A program made the translations under genes and the position numbers. From assembly GCA_003056145.1 (NCBI GenBank), contig LSNL01000005.1, forward strand, positions 20,240 through 84,239: DNA of 64,000 bases, written 5' to 3'. Source of the DNA: Parcubacteria group bacterium M10-OD1-1 (lineage in GTDB: Bacteria; Patescibacteriota; Minisyncoccia; Moranbacterales; UBA2206). A model generated the notes under the pieces. That model made no database searches, was not told the origin of the DNA, and saw nothing but the letters and a program-made list of their open reading frames with translations. Below are positions 29,165 through 39,746 of the stretch, piece after piece; within the stretch, counting starts at the first letter, position 1; each line of letters begins with the position of its first letter.

Positions 29165-30145
29165 TCATTTTAAATTAACTAAATCAGTGCTTAAGCCTTC
29201 TTTTAAAATAGTCTTTATTTCCTTTAGGCTTTCAGCTCTGACTAATTTCTTTCTTAATTGAGATGCTCCAGCAAAACCCTTGAGATACCAAACTAAATGT
29301 TTTCGAATTTCTAATATTCCACTAGTCGATTTAGTAGTTTTAATAATTTCAGCGTGTTGGAATATTATTTTTTTAATTTTTTCAAAGTCATATTTTTCAT
29401 AAACGCCAGTTGAAAGAAAATCTTTAATTTGCTGAAATAAATAAGGCTTTCCTAGAGCTCCTCTAGCAATACCTAATCCATCAATTAAGGGATAGATTTT
29501 TAAAATCTTTGAGGCATCTTCTGGAGAATTAATACCTCCATTAGCTAAAATTATTTTATTAGGGATTACTTGTTTAATTTTTTCTATTAATTGAAAATTA
29601 ACTGGTCCAGAAAATTTTTCTTCATAGGTTCTGCCATGAACCATAAGAGCAGAATAGGGGAGGTCTTGAATATTTTGGATAAATTCTAAAGCATCAGTAT
29701 CTTTCAATCCAGCCCTAATTTTAAGAGAGACTGGTAAATTAGTATGAGCCAATACATTTTTAATAATCTCACGAGCCAATTCTTTTTGAAGCATTAAAGC
29801 ACAACCGCTACCGTGTTTAAAAACTTTTCTAGCAGGACATCCAAAATTAATATCAATTCCAGCTGGTTTAATTTTTTGTGTAATTATTTGAGTAGCTACG
29901 GAAAAATGTTCTGGATTATTACCAAATAATTGAACTACATAAGGATTTTCTTTTTTATCAAATTTAACTAATTCTAAAGTTTTTTGAGGTTTAAAAAATA
30001 AAGCGGAAACACTTGCCATTTCTGAATAAACTACATCAGCTCCAGACAATTTGCAAATCTGTCTAAAAGCACTATCAGTAATACCAGCCATTGGAGCTAA
30101 GGCCAAAATAGGTTTATTTATTTTTTCCCAAAAATTATTTTTCAT
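29165..30145 (-). CDS. dusB: tRNA-dihydrouridine synthase
   Basis: LAPMAGITD, IDINFGCP, VHGRT, ANGGI, IARGALGKP. Confidence 0.9.
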   Translation of the reverse strand: MKNNFWEKINKPILALAPMAGITDSAFRQICKLSGADVVYSEMASVSALFFKPQKTLELVKFDKKENPYVVQLFGNNPEHFSVATQIITQKIKPAGIDINFGCPARKVFKHGSGCALMLQKELAREIIKNVLAHTNLPVSLKIRAGLKDTDALEFIQNIQDLPYSALMVHGRTYEEKFSGPVNFQLIEKIKQVIPNKIILANGGINSPEDASKILKIYPLIDGLGIARGALGKPYLFQQIKDFLSTGVYEKYDFEKIKKIIFQHAEIIKTTKSTSGILEIRKHLVWYLKGFAGASQLRKKLVRAESLKEIKTILKEGLSTDLVNLK

Positions 30146-30178
30146 AAAAAGGTCAATGAATAATTGAAGAACGGCTTA

Positions 30179-31630
30179 TTATTTACTTAATAAATAATTA
30201 TCATTCTGAGTATCTTTGATTTTATAGCCAGCTTTGATTATTTCTTCTCGAATTTTATCAGCTTTAGTGAATTTTTTATTTTTTTTAAATTTTTTTCGTT
30301 GTTCAGCTAAATCTATTATCGCTGAAGGAAAAAGATTATTTTTTAAGGACAAGCTAGTAGAAATATAATTAATTTTCAAACCCAAGACTTTATTTATTTT
30401 TTCCCAAAAACTTAAAATAGCTTCAACCTGAGTCTTTTTTAATTTTCCTTCGGTTAAAGATTTATTAGTAACAGTGATTAATTTATAAACTATCGCCAAA
30501 GCTAAGGGAGTATTGAAATCATCATCCATTGCTTTTTGAAATTTTTCTTGATAGTTTTCCATGATTAAAGAAAAACTTTCTTTAATATCATCAGATTGAT
30601 TATTTTCTCTTTTGGCTGCTAAGTTTTCCAACCATTTTTTTAGCCGGTTTAAATTACTTTGAGCTTGTTCTAATGATTTAGATGTATAATTAATAGGATT
30701 TCTGTATTGAGAACTTAAAATCCAAAGACGAATAACGGCTGGATCATATTTTTTCAAGGAATCTTTAATGGTAGTAAAATTACCTAAAGATTTACTCATT
30801 TTTACTCCATTAACATTAACCATATTCCAAAGTGTCCAATAATTTGCCATCTTTTTTTCTAAATAAGCTTCGCTTTGAGCAATTTCATTTTCGTTATGTG
30901 GAAAAATATTTTCATTACCTCCGCCATGAATATCAAAAGTATCTTGACCCAAAAGATCACAAGACATTACCGAACATTCAATATGCCAACCTGGATAACC
31001 AAGACTCCAAGGACTATCCCATTTTAAAATATGCCCTTGGGAAGCTTTAATCCAAAGAGCAAAGTCTAGAGGATTTGTTTTTTCAGAATTGATGTCAATT
31101 CGAGAGCCAGCCACCAAATCTTTCGTTTTTCGTCCAGATAATTTTCCATATTCAGGAAATTTTTCTACTGAGAAATAAACTGAACCATTAACTTCGTAAG
31201 CTATCCCCTTAATAATAAGCTCTTCAATAAATTTTATAATTTGAGCTATATAACTAGTTGGTCGTGGATTGAAAGTGGCTGGCTTAATATTTAAAGCGGT
31301 AAAATCTTCTTGGCAGGATTGAATATATTTTTGAACTACAGCTAAAGGATCTATTTTTTCAGCTTGAGCTTTTTTTTGAATTTTATCTTCACCTTGTTCA
31401 GCATCATTAACTAAATGTCCAACATCTGTATAATTCATTATAAAACGAACCTCGTAGCCTAGATATTCTAAATATTTTCTTATTATATCCATTGATACAT
31501 AACCTCTCCCGTGTCCTAAATGGCAATGATCATAAACAGTAGGGCCGCAAACATACATATTAATCTTACCAGGGTGAATAGAATGGAATTTTTCTTTCTT
31601 TTTTGTCAAAGCATTGTAAATTTCTAACAT
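30179..31630 (-). CDS. cysS: Cysteine--tRNA ligase
   Basis: Start set to MLEIYN; MYVCGPTVY, HLGH, PGWHIECS, KMSKS. Confidence 0.97.
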   Translation of the reverse strand: MLEIYNALTKKKEKFHSIHPGKINMYVCGPTVYDHCHLGHGRGYVSMDIIRKYLEYLGYEVRFIMNYTDVGHLVNDAEQGEDKIQKKAQAEKIDPLAVVQKYIQSCQEDFTALNIKPATFNPRPTSYIAQIIKFIEELIIKGIAYEVNGSVYFSVEKFPEYGKLSGRKTKDLVAGSRIDINSEKTNPLDFALWIKASQGHILKWDSPWSLGYPGWHIECSVMSCDLLGQDTFDIHGGGNENIFPHNENEIAQSEAYLEKKMANYWTLWNMVNVNGVKMSKSLGNFTTIKDSLKKYDPAVIRLWILSSQYRNPINYTSKSLEQAQSNLNRLKKWLENLAAKRENNQSDDIKESFSLIMENYQEKFQKAMDDDFNTPLALAIVYKLITVTNKSLTEGKLKKTQVEAILSFWEKINKVLGLKINYISTSLSLKNNLFPSAIIDLAEQRKKFKKNKKFTKADKIREEIIKAGYKIKDTQNDNYLLSK

Positions 31631-31634
31631 ATAA

Positions 31635-32543
31635 TTAAATCCATTTTTTAAATTTAAAAATTGAGATAGTAAGCAGGGAAATAACAAACATAATAGAAAG
31701 ATGAATCCAAAACGCATTTGGATTTTTCCCGAAAGGAATGTCAGCGCTCATAGCTAAAGTATTGGAATAAACTGTCATCGGAAGCATTACAGCCGAAAAA
31801 ATAGTCAATACCTTCATAGTCAGATTTAATTTATTGGACAATAAAGAATTATTGGTTTTTTCTAAGGATTCTACGGTTTCTTTGGCACTTTCTAAATTAT
31901 TCCAAATCCTAATATTAGTTCCAATTAAATCTTGATAATAAGGCTTTAAAGTTGGTTCTATAAATTTAAAATTTTTCTGAGCTAGTGATTCTAAAACAGA
32001 GCGTTGCGGTTTCATTGTTCGGCGAAAATTTAGAATATCTCTTTTAACTAAAGAAATCTCTCTCACCATTTCTTTTTCGTGTTCAGCAAAAATCTCATCT
32101 TCAATATAGTCTAATTTTTTATCAACATGATCTAATTTAGGAAAACAAGTTTCTAATAACATTTCTAACATATAGCGTAATAAAGCTCCGGGCGATTGTC
32201 GCATATAAAAATCTCTTCGTTTTTCATCTGATTTTAGAGTATTAAAAAAGTTGTCTAATTGATAAATATCCTTATCGTGAGAAGTAATTAAAGTGTCTTT
32301 TGTAATTACAATATCAATTTCTCCAGCGTAGGTAGTTTTATTTTCTGTATCAAACAAAGGGATATGAACTGATAAAAAGAGACAGTTGTCATATTCTGTA
32401 GCTTTTGGTCTTAAAGTAGGAGTAGAGAATTCTTCAACAACCAAAGGATGAAGATTAAATCTTTTCTTAATAGCTAAAATATCATCTGCATTGGGCTCTT
32501 TAAAATAAATCCAATTGATATTATGATGTTCTATTATTTGCAT
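31635..32543 (-). CDS. CorA family Mg2+/Co2+ transporter
   Basis: FNLHPLVVEE, RPK, MKVLTIFS, two C-terminal TMs; GMN motif degenerate (AMS). Confidence 0.88.
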   Translation of the reverse strand: MQIIEHHNINWIYFKEPNADDILAIKKRFNLHPLVVEEFSTPTLRPKATEYDNCLFLSVHIPLFDTENKTTYAGEIDIVITKDTLITSHDKDIYQLDNFFNTLKSDEKRRDFYMRQSPGALLRYMLEMLLETCFPKLDHVDKKLDYIEDEIFAEHEKEMVREISLVKRDILNFRRTMKPQRSVLESLAQKNFKFIEPTLKPYYQDLIGTNIRIWNNLESAKETVESLEKTNNSLLSNKLNLTMKVLTIFSAVMLPMTVYSNTLAMSADIPFGKNPNAFWIHLSIMFVISLLTISIFKFKKWI

Positions 32544-32629
32544 AATTTTTAAATTAATTTCAACTTAACTATAGTATATCAGTATTATTTTAGATTGACA
32601 AAAAACTAGCCAAGGAGTTAAATTGAGGT

Positions 32630-32869
32630 ATGAAAAAAATTATTTTATTACTGATAAAACTTTATCAAAAAACTTTATCTACTGATCATGGTTGGATGTC
32701 TTATTTAGTTTCAGAAAGGACCTGTCGCTTTTATCCTAGCTGTAGTCAGTATACTTACGAATCAATTACCCGTTTTGGAGTAGTTAAGGGAGGTTGGCTA
32801 GGATTTAAAAGAATTATTAGATGTCACCCTTGGAATGATGGCGGTTATGACCCAGTTCCTAAAAAATAA
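32630..32869 (+). CDS. yidD: Membrane protein insertion efficiency factor
   Basis: [10 protein letters not shown]...[17 protein letters not shown]. Confidence 0.95.
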   Translation: MKKIILLLIKLYQKTLSTDHGWMSYLVSERTCRFYPSCSQYTYESITRFGVVKGGWLGFKRIIRCHPWNDGGYDPVPKK

Positions 32870-33019
32870 ACCAGCCTACTTAATAGCAAAGTTTAACCTT
32901 TAAAATAATGAAAATCGTTACGCTATTTTAAAGTTGCTAAATTATTAAATAGTCGCTAAGCTAAAGATAGCTAAAATAAAAAGGTAGTCATAATAAATTT
33001 AAAAAGTTTAACTTAAGAT

Positions 33020-33973
33020 ATGTTAACTGATGAAGCTAGAATCAAAGTTAGAGCCGGTAATGGAGGTAATGGAGTTGTAGCGTTTGATAAAATAAAAATG
33101 AGTCTCGGTCCAACTGGAGGACGAGGAGGAAATGGAGGGAATATCTATTTTGAGGGAGTTTCTGATATTTTTGCCTTGAGGAGATATCGCCATCAAAAGA
33201 AATATTTAGGGAGAAGAGGGCAAGATGGCAAAGGTAATAAGTCAGATGGATTAAGTGGTGAAGATTTAATTTTGACAGTACCTATTGGCACTACTATTCA
33301 TAATTTAACCACTAATAAAAATCTTGAAATTGTAGAAGTTGGTCAAAGAATTCTAATTGCCAAGGGGGGTGTTGGCGGAAGAGGAAATTTTTATTTTCGA
33401 TCTTCTACCAATACTACTCCGCGTGAGCATGAAGAAGGAAGATCAGGAGAGGAAGTTGAGCTTTATTTAGAGCTTAAGCTGATTGCTGAAATTGGATTAA
33501 TTGGTCTCCCTAGTGCTGGAAAATCTTCTTTGCTAAATGAATTAACTGCAGCTAATGTTAAAGTTGGTGCTTATCATTTTACTACTTTAGAACCAAACTT
33601 AGGAGTAATGGATAATATTATTTTAGCTGACATACCAGGTTTAATAGAAGGAGCTTCCAAAGGTAGAGGACTAGGAACTAAATTTCTTCGCCATATTCAA
33701 AGAACTAAAATCTTAGCTCATTGCATTTCTCTTGAATCAGCTGATTTAAAACATGATTATCAAATAATTAGAAAAGAATTAGAAAATTATAGCCAAATAC
33801 TAGCTCAAAAGAAGGAGATAATTATTTTAACTAAAAGCGATCTTGTTTCTTCAGAGGATATAAAGAAAAAAATGGCTAACTTTCCAATCGAGAAAGAAAT
33901 TTTAATTGCTTCAATTCATGATTTAAGTTCTATTATTCAATTACAATCCAAATTTAAAGAATTATTGCATTAG
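33020..33973 (+). CDS. obgE: GTPase Obg/CgtA, short form without the C-terminal domain
   Basis: Gly-rich Obg domain, GLPSAGKSS, FTTLEPNLG, DIPGLIEGA. Confidence 0.96.
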   Translation: MLTDEARIKVRAGNGGNGVVAFDKIKMSLGPTGGRGGNGGNIYFEGVSDIFALRRYRHQKKYLGRRGQDGKGNKSDGLSGEDLILTVPIGTTIHNLTTNKNLEIVEVGQRILIAKGGVGGRGNFYFRSSTNTTPREHEEGRSGEEVELYLELKLIAEIGLIGLPSAGKSSLLNELTAANVKVGAYHFTTLEPNLGVMDNIILADIPGLIEGASKGRGLGTKFLRHIQRTKILAHCISLESADLKHDYQIIRKELENYSQILAQKKEIIILTKSDLVSSEDIKKKMANFPIEKEILIASIHDLSSIIQLQSKFKELLH

Positions 33974-34058
33974 CTTTTAATAGATGATATATTGACATTA
34001 TAGTAAACGAAAAAGAGATTAAGCAAACTAAAGAAATATTAAATAATCAGATTTCACA

Positions 34059-34289
34059 ATGGAACATTTTAGCTTAGAACTAGTAATTATTATAATAGTC
34101 CTCTGGACACTACCGTGGAAAGGAATTGCTCTTTGGAAGGCAGCTCGTTCAGGAGATAACGTTTGGTTTGTAGTACTGCTAGTTTTAAACACTTTGGCAA
34201 TTTTAGAAATTTCATATATTTTCTTCTTTTCTCGAAAAAGAAAGAAGTTAATTTCTAATCCAAGAATCAATCCAAACGAACTAAAGTAA
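34059..34289 (+). CDS. DUF5652-like small membrane protein
   Basis: LWTLPWKGIALWKAAR...WFVVLLVLNTLAILEISY pattern. Confidence 0.8.
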   Translation: MEHFSLELVIIIIVLWTLPWKGIALWKAARSGDNVWFVVLLVLNTLAILEISYIFFFSRKRKKLISNPRINPNELK

Positions 34290-34303
34290 TCTAACTAAAT
34301 TTT

Positions 34304-34999
34304 ATGTATTGGATTTTTTTAGCTATTTTTATTATTACTGTTTTTATTCCTGATATAATTCAAGGACCAATTTTATTTTTATCTGAGACTAGAGCAGAAG
34401 AATTGGCAATTTTTTTAATGGGAGTTATTGCTATTTTAGTTTTTGTAAAAAATGAGCGCCAATTATTAATTCACAAAAAGGAAAAAGAAAAAGATCGGAA
34501 AAAAATTAGCCAAACAGTTAAAGATTTGGTAAACTCATATAGTTATATTGGAGAAGTAAATCGAAAAATGGATTTATTGATGAGCATTGCTCTAGGTTTA
34601 TCAGAACGCTCAGTTTTAAATCAATTCAAAGAAGAAGAAATTTATCAGTCAATAGTAACGGCCACTAAATTTTTATTAAAAGCTGATTTCTCAACACTGC
34701 GTTTTGTTAATACTGAAAATTTAAATACAGAGAAAGAAATTAAGATGGAGGAGGAGAATATCAAAATAAAAAATAAGAAATTAATTAAACTTACTACTGA
34801 AACAAACACTGAAAAGGCTGAAAATTGTTTAATAATTTCTTCTAGCCAGCAGTTAAATAAAATAAAAAGTTATTTGTTAGTTTGCGGATATAGCAAAGAT
34901 GAAGAACAAAATCCTAAAAATATTGAAATATTAAAAGTTTTTGTTTCTCAAGCTTTGTTTTTGTATTCTTATACTAGACAATGTAAAATAAATAAATAA
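34304..34999 (+). CDS. Hypothetical membrane protein (2 TM, coiled coil, possible GAF-like domain)
   Basis: Long ORF; YSYIGEVNRK segment; C-terminal helix resembling GAF ends. Confidence 0.6.
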   Translation: MYWIFLAIFIITVFIPDIIQGPILFLSETRAEELAIFLMGVIAILVFVKNERQLLIHKKEKEKDRKKISQTVKDLVNSYSYIGEVNRKMDLLMSIALGLSERSVLNQFKEEEIYQSIVTATKFLLKADFSTLRFVNTENLNTEKEIKMEEENIKIKNKKLIKLTTETNTEKAENCLIISSSQQLNKIKSYLLVCGYSKDEEQNPKNIEILKVFVSQALFLYSYTRQCKINK

Positions 35000-35044
35000 T
35001 TTAATTTAATTTAATTTTCCTCAATTTTGAGGTTATCCAAATAT

Positions 35045-35320
35045 ATGAAGAAAGAAAATGTAAAACCATTAGGCGAAAATATTTTAGTTGAAGTCGTTAA
35101 AGAAAGTAATAAGACAGAGTCTGGCATTGTTTTGCCAGAAGATACTAATCAAGAAAAACCTCAAAAAGGTAAAGTTATAGCTATTGGTGAAAGTGAAAAG
35201 ATAAGAGTGAAAAAAAATCAAAAAGTTATTTTTACTAAATATGCTGGAACAGAGATAAAAATTAATAAACAAGCATTATTAATTTTGAAAAATGAAGATA
35301 TTTTGGCTACCATTGAATAA
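35045..35320 (+). CDS. groES: Co-chaperonin GroES
   Basis: VKPLGENILV, TESGIVLP, EKPQKGKVIAIG, FTKYAGTEIK; start at ATG 35045. Confidence 0.95.
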   Translation: MKKENVKPLGENILVEVVKESNKTESGIVLPEDTNQEKPQKGKVIAIGESEKIRVKKNQKVIFTKYAGTEIKINKQALLILKNEDILATIE

Positions 35321-35343
35321 AACATTTCACCTAGCTAGAATTT

Positions 35344-35386
35344 AAAAAAAACAGTTTCTAAAATAAAATTAAAAACTGTTTTTTTT
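35344..35386. terminator. Bidirectional terminator after groES
   Basis: AAAAAAAACAGTTT / AAACTGTTTTTTTT inverted repeat between convergent genes. Confidence 0.7.
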
Positions 35387-35401
35387 ATTCTTTGCTAATA
35401 G

Positions 35402-36241
35402 TTATTTTACAAGAGCGAAGTCTTTGGTTTTCCAAGCACTTAAACCATCCGAAAGGGCATAAACATTAAAAAATCCCATGTCAAATAACCTGACTGCCCC
35501 TTGAAAAGCTAACAATCCATTATCGTCGCAAAGAATAATTTTTTTATTTAAAGGAACTTTCTGATAATTATTTTCTAATTGATTTAGAGGAATATTGATA
35601 GCCATTTTTAAATGACCGGCTTGAAATTTTTTATTATCCCTCAAATCAATTATATAAAGATTTGATTGGTTATTTTGATTAATTAATTTATTTAAAGCAT
35701 CACTTTTGATGTAGGTTACTTTTGATTGATCAACCATAGAGTAAGGGTCTCCATATGATATAGTAGGATTAAAATTTTCTTTCCAACCTGAAAATCCACC
35801 CTCCAAATAAGCAACCTGCTTAAATCCTTCTTGAGAAAGAAATCCTAAAACTTTAATTTCCTTAGCCGTTAATCCCAAATTATCTATTAAAACGTAGTAC
35901 TTACTAGGATTAAATCTAATGCTTTCAGCTGTTAAATTAGTTACAGATAAATTATTAGAATTTAGGAGATGTTCTTTTTGAAAGCTAGCTTTAGTTCTTA
36001 AGTCCAAAAGAACAATGTTTTCTTTATTGTTTATTCTTTTTAATAATTCATCTGAGGTAAGACCTTGATACTGATTATCTTTTTTTTCTTGAGCTAATAT
36101 TTTTTTCTGCGTTACAGTAGTAGCTTCATTTTTTATCCAGAAAGATTTTACAATAAAAATAATAACAATGATAAGTATCAAAAAAAAACCAATTAAAATA
36201 GCTGTTAAATTTTCTTTTGTTTGTTTGTTTGTTTGTGTCAT
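35402..36241 (-). CDS. Membrane-anchored tandem rhodanese-domain protein
   Basis: N-terminal TM; two LDLR...HL...LxGG/DG..W repeats. Confidence 0.88.
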   Translation of the reverse strand: MTQTNKQTKENLTAILIGFFLILIIVIIFIVKSFWIKNEATTVTQKKILAQEKKDNQYQGLTSDELLKRINNKENIVLLDLRTKASFQKEHLLNSNNLSVTNLTAESIRFNPSKYYVLIDNLGLTAKEIKVLGFLSQEGFKQVAYLEGGFSGWKENFNPTISYGDPYSMVDQSKVTYIKSDALNKLINQNNQSNLYIIDLRDNKKFQAGHLKMAINIPLNQLENNYQKVPLNKKIILCDDNGLLAFQGAVRLFDMGFFNVYALSDGLSAWKTKDFALVK

Positions 36242-36250
36242 TGAAAAGAT

Positions 36251-37213
36251 TTATTTCAAAATACTACCGACAAAATCTGGGCAACCATTGATAAATTCAT
36301 TAATAGTAATTGTATTTTTACCTTCTAATTGAACTTCTTCTAAGATAATATATCCACCTGAAGCATAGACAGCAATTTTTTCGTTTAATTTGAAAACTTC
36401 TCCAGTTTGATATTCTTTAATTAACTTTTCTTGACCGAGAGATATTTTAATTAGTTTTAGACGTAAATTATAACCATTCTTCTCTAAGTAAGAAAAAATT
36501 CCTGGCCAAAATATCAAAGCTTTAAATTTGTTATAAATTAAGCTAGCTTCTTCATTCCAAAAAATATGTCCATCTTCTTTCTCTATTAGTTGACAATAAG
36601 TAGATTTTTTTTCCTCTTGCTCTTGAGATTGAATTCTCCTTTCTACCCAAAGAGGAATAGTAATAACAAGCAACTGAGCAGAGATAGTCGCTAATTTTTT
36701 AGTAATAGTTAAATAATTATCTTCCGAACTTATTGTTATCTTTTTCTGAGTTAAAATAGCTCCTGTATCAATGCCTTTATCCATAACTATTATAGTAGCT
36801 CCTGTTTCTTTTTCTCCCTCTAGAATGGCATTTTGGATAGGGGAGGGACCTCGAAATTTAGGTAAAAGAGAAGCATGAACATTAAGACAATTAAAACCTG
36901 GTATTTCTAAAACTTCAATTGGCAATATTTTTCCATAAGCAGCTACAATAATAATATCTGGCTTTTGTTCTTTTAGCTCGGCAATGCTTTCCTCATTAAA
37001 AGATTTAGGTTCAAAAATTTTTAATTTATTTTTTTCAGCTATCTTTTTAACCGCTGATTTTGAAATTTTTTGTTGGCGACCAACTTTTTTATCTGGCTGA
37101 GTATAAACAGAAATTAAATTAAATTTATTTTCGATTAAATTTTCTAAAATCACTGAAGCAAAAGCCGAAGTACCCATAAAAATCATCCTTAATTTAATCA
37201 CTTTTTTAACCAT
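36251..37213 (-). CDS. fmt: Methionyl-tRNA formyltransferase
   Basis: IFMGTSAF, TQPDK, NVHASLLPKFRGPSPI. Confidence 0.97.
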   Translation of the reverse strand: MVKKVIKLRMIFMGTSAFASVILENLIENKFNLISVYTQPDKKVGRQQKISKSAVKKIAEKNKLKIFEPKSFNEESIAELKEQKPDIIIVAAYGKILPIEVLEIPGFNCLNVHASLLPKFRGPSPIQNAILEGEKETGATIIVMDKGIDTGAILTQKKITISSEDNYLTITKKLATISAQLLVITIPLWVERRIQSQEQEEKKSTYCQLIEKEDGHIFWNEEASLIYNKFKALIFWPGIFSYLEKNGYNLRLKLIKISLGQEKLIKEYQTGEVFKLNEKIAVYASGGYIILEEVQLEGKNTITINEFINGCPDFVGSILK

Positions 37214-37232
37214 AAGTTATTTTAGTAGTTAT

Positions 37233-37691
37233 TTATTTTTTAGTTTTTACCTCTTTATCAATAAAAAGTATTCCTTCTAAGTGATCTATTTCGTGTTGTA
37301 AAGCTCTAGCTAATAGACCGTCTGCTTTGATAATTATTTTTTCTCCCTTTCTGTCTAAGGCTTGTATAGTAACTTTTTTTGATCGTTTAATGGGTATAAA
37401 TTTTTCTGGAAAAGATAAGCAACCTTCTTCAGCTATTCCTTTAATCCAAGAGTGAGATTTAATTTGAGGATTAATTAGAATATGAGTCACTCCATCTAAC
37501 TTAGCAATACAAAGTCTGACTGATTTTCCAACTTGAGGTGCTGCCAATCCTAACGCATTACCATTGTCTTCCATAGTTTCTAGCATATCAAAAATAAGTT
37601 CTTGAATTTCAGAGCTTTGAGAGTCTTCAATTATTTTAGTTTTTTGTCGGAGAAGATTATTAGGATATTTTAATATTTCCAAGATAGCCAT
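37233..37691 (-). CDS. def: Peptide deformylase
   Basis: GLAAPQVG, EGCLS, QHEIDHLEG. Confidence 0.97.
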   Translation of the reverse strand: MAILEILKYPNNLLRQKTKIIEDSQSSEIQELIFDMLETMEDNGNALGLAAPQVGKSVRLCIAKLDGVTHILINPQIKSHSWIKGIAEEGCLSFPEKFIPIKRSKKVTIQALDRKGEKIIIKADGLLARALQHEIDHLEGILFIDKEVKTKK

Positions 37692-37721
37692 TTTATTTGT
37701 TATTTTTTAAAAACTAATTAG

Positions 37722-39740
37722 TTAAATAGTAGAAATAGGATCAACATCGATTATCCATCCAGAGTCTAATTTTTTTAATTCTTTAATTAATTTTAGGGGA
37801 AGATTTTGACTGGGTATTTTTATAATAAGCTGTTTTCTAAATTTTCCTCTTACTCTAGGCACTAAAGGATCTATCGGTTCGGTTATTTCTAAATTAACAA
37901 GCTTATTTAAAATTTGGAAAACTTTTTCTGTTTCCTCTTCGACCTTTTTTTGATTTAAAGATTGAAAAATAAGTTTGATAATCTTTCCAAATGGAGGTAA
38001 TTTAAAAATCTTTCGTTCTTGGATAGCTTCTTCCCAAAATTGCTGATAATTTTTTTCTGAAGCTAATTGAATAACTCTATTTTCAGGATGAAAGGATTGG
38101 ATGATAGCCACTCCTGGATATTTAGCTTTCGGTCGATTAACCCTGCCAATAACTTGGACAATATTTTGAAAAGCTCTTTCTTCAGCAGAAAAATCAGGAA
38201 AAGATAATAAGTTATCTGTATCTATTATACCAACCAATGAAACTTGAGGCAAATCCCATCCCTTAGAAATCATTTGAGTGCCAATTAAAATATCTGCTTG
38301 TCCAGAAGAAAATTTTTGATATAGATTAGCTTGAAAATTATTTTTTTTTGCTAGATTAGAATCTGCCACTAAAACTTTAGCCGAAGGAAATAAATTATAA
38401 ATTTCTCTTTCTATCTTTTGAGTTCCTAATCCTATGTTTCTAAATTCTAAACTGTTGCATTTAGAACATTTAGGTAAAATATCTGACTTATACGAGCAAT
38501 GGGTACACTGATAGTCCCCGTTTTTTGTATAAATTAAAGCCCGATCACAATGAGGACAACTTAATAATGTTTTACAAATCTTACAAACAGAAAAATTGCT
38601 CATTCCTTGTCGATTGATGAAAAGAATAATCTGTTGTTTATTTTTTAAAGCATAAGCAATTTCACTTTGTAATTTTTTAGAAATAGGAGAATAGTTTTTT
38701 GTCCATTTTTCCTTTTTCATATCTATAATCGTTGTTTTGGTTGGATAATAACTAGCTTGAGGTATTTTTTGATTAAAAGGAAGCCTCAATAAAACAACTT
38801 TCTTCTGAGTACTTTTCCAATAACTTTCTAAATTTGGAGTAGCTGATCCACGAACTATTTTACATCGATGTAATTCAGCTAATTTTTCTGCTACTCTTCG
38901 AGCATCATAACGAGGATTCATATCCCATTGCTTATAAGATATGTCTTGTTCTTCATCAATAATTATAAGTCCGAGCTTTTTAAAAGGAGCAAAAACTGCC
39001 ATTCGTGTTCCAATAATAATTTTAGCTTGACCAGTTTTAATTTTTTGCCAATTAGTAAAATATTGACCTTTAGTTAGACTACTGCTACTTAAAGTAACAA
39101 TCTCTTCTAATGGAAAATATTCTCCATAGCGTTCTAAGGCTTGAGGAATAAGAGTTTTTTCAGGAATTAAAATTAAAAATTGTAATTTTTTGTTTTGAGT
39201 CAACATTTTTAGAATAGAGTGGATATAAACTTCTGTTTTTCCTGATGAGGCTGGACCGAATAGAAGAAAATTATTAGAAGACATTCTATTAACTCCTTCT
39301 CTCCTTATAATTTTATCTACTGATTCTAATTGTTCTTTAGTCAAAGTTATTTCTTTCGGATAAATTATTTTTGAATTTTTATTTAAAAGTTTTGTTTTTC
39401 GTTCTTTAGTTCTAGCGGGAATAAAATTTTTCATTACTATTCCCAAAGAAATGATATAATAATCAGCTATAAATTGAGCTAACTGAAGTTGTTTTTTAGT
39501 TAAAAAATCAATTTCTAAAAAAGAAGCTATTTTTTTTAGCTCAATACCACCTAACCTTTTAAAATCACTCCTACTTTTAATTACAATTCCTTCCACTTGT
39601 CTTTTGAAAAGAGGGATTGATACTAATGAACCACTAGCAATTTTTTTCTCAGCCAAGTAACAAAAGAATTGTTCCCTAGTTAAAGGAATTCTTGTTAAAG
39701 GAAGAACATCAAGAATAAATTTTTTCTTTAAAACTGGCAT
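37722..39740 (-). CDS. priA: Primosomal protein N'
   Basis: GPASSGKTEVY, DEEQD, SATP, CxxC clusters, GTQMISKG. Confidence 0.96.
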   Translation of the reverse strand: MPVLKKKFILDVLPLTRIPLTREQFFCYLAEKKIASGSLVSIPLFKRQVEGIVIKSRSDFKRLGGIELKKIASFLEIDFLTKKQLQLAQFIADYYIISLGIVMKNFIPARTKERKTKLLNKNSKIIYPKEITLTKEQLESVDKIIRREGVNRMSSNNFLLFGPASSGKTEVYIHSILKMLTQNKKLQFLILIPEKTLIPQALERYGEYFPLEEIVTLSSSSLTKGQYFTNWQKIKTGQAKIIIGTRMAVFAPFKKLGLIIIDEEQDISYKQWDMNPRYDARRVAEKLAELHRCKIVRGSATPNLESYWKSTQKKVVLLRLPFNQKIPQASYYPTKTTIIDMKKEKWTKNYSPISKKLQSEIAYALKNKQQIILFINRQGMSNFSVCKICKTLLSCPHCDRALIYTKNGDYQCTHCSYKSDILPKCSKCNSLEFRNIGLGTQKIEREIYNLFPSAKVLVADSNLAKKNNFQANLYQKFSSGQADILIGTQMISKGWDLPQVSLVGIIDTDNLLSFPDFSAEERAFQNIVQVIGRVNRPKAKYPGVAIIQSFHPENRVIQLASEKNYQQFWEEAIQERKIFKLPPFGKIIKLIFQSLNQKKVEEETEKVFQILNKLVNLEITEPIDPLVPRVRGKFRKQLIIKIPSQNLPLKLIKELKKLDSGWIIDVDPISTI

Positions 39741-39746
39741 ATTTTG

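Noticed and set aside
31631-31717. N-terminal extension of cysS in the ORF track
   Set aside because: Overlaps the corA 3' end; the conserved protein begins at MLEIYN (31630)
36840-36847. KOPS-like GGGGAGGG oriented toward dif
   Set aside because: Single instance inside fmt coding sequence; not meaningful alone
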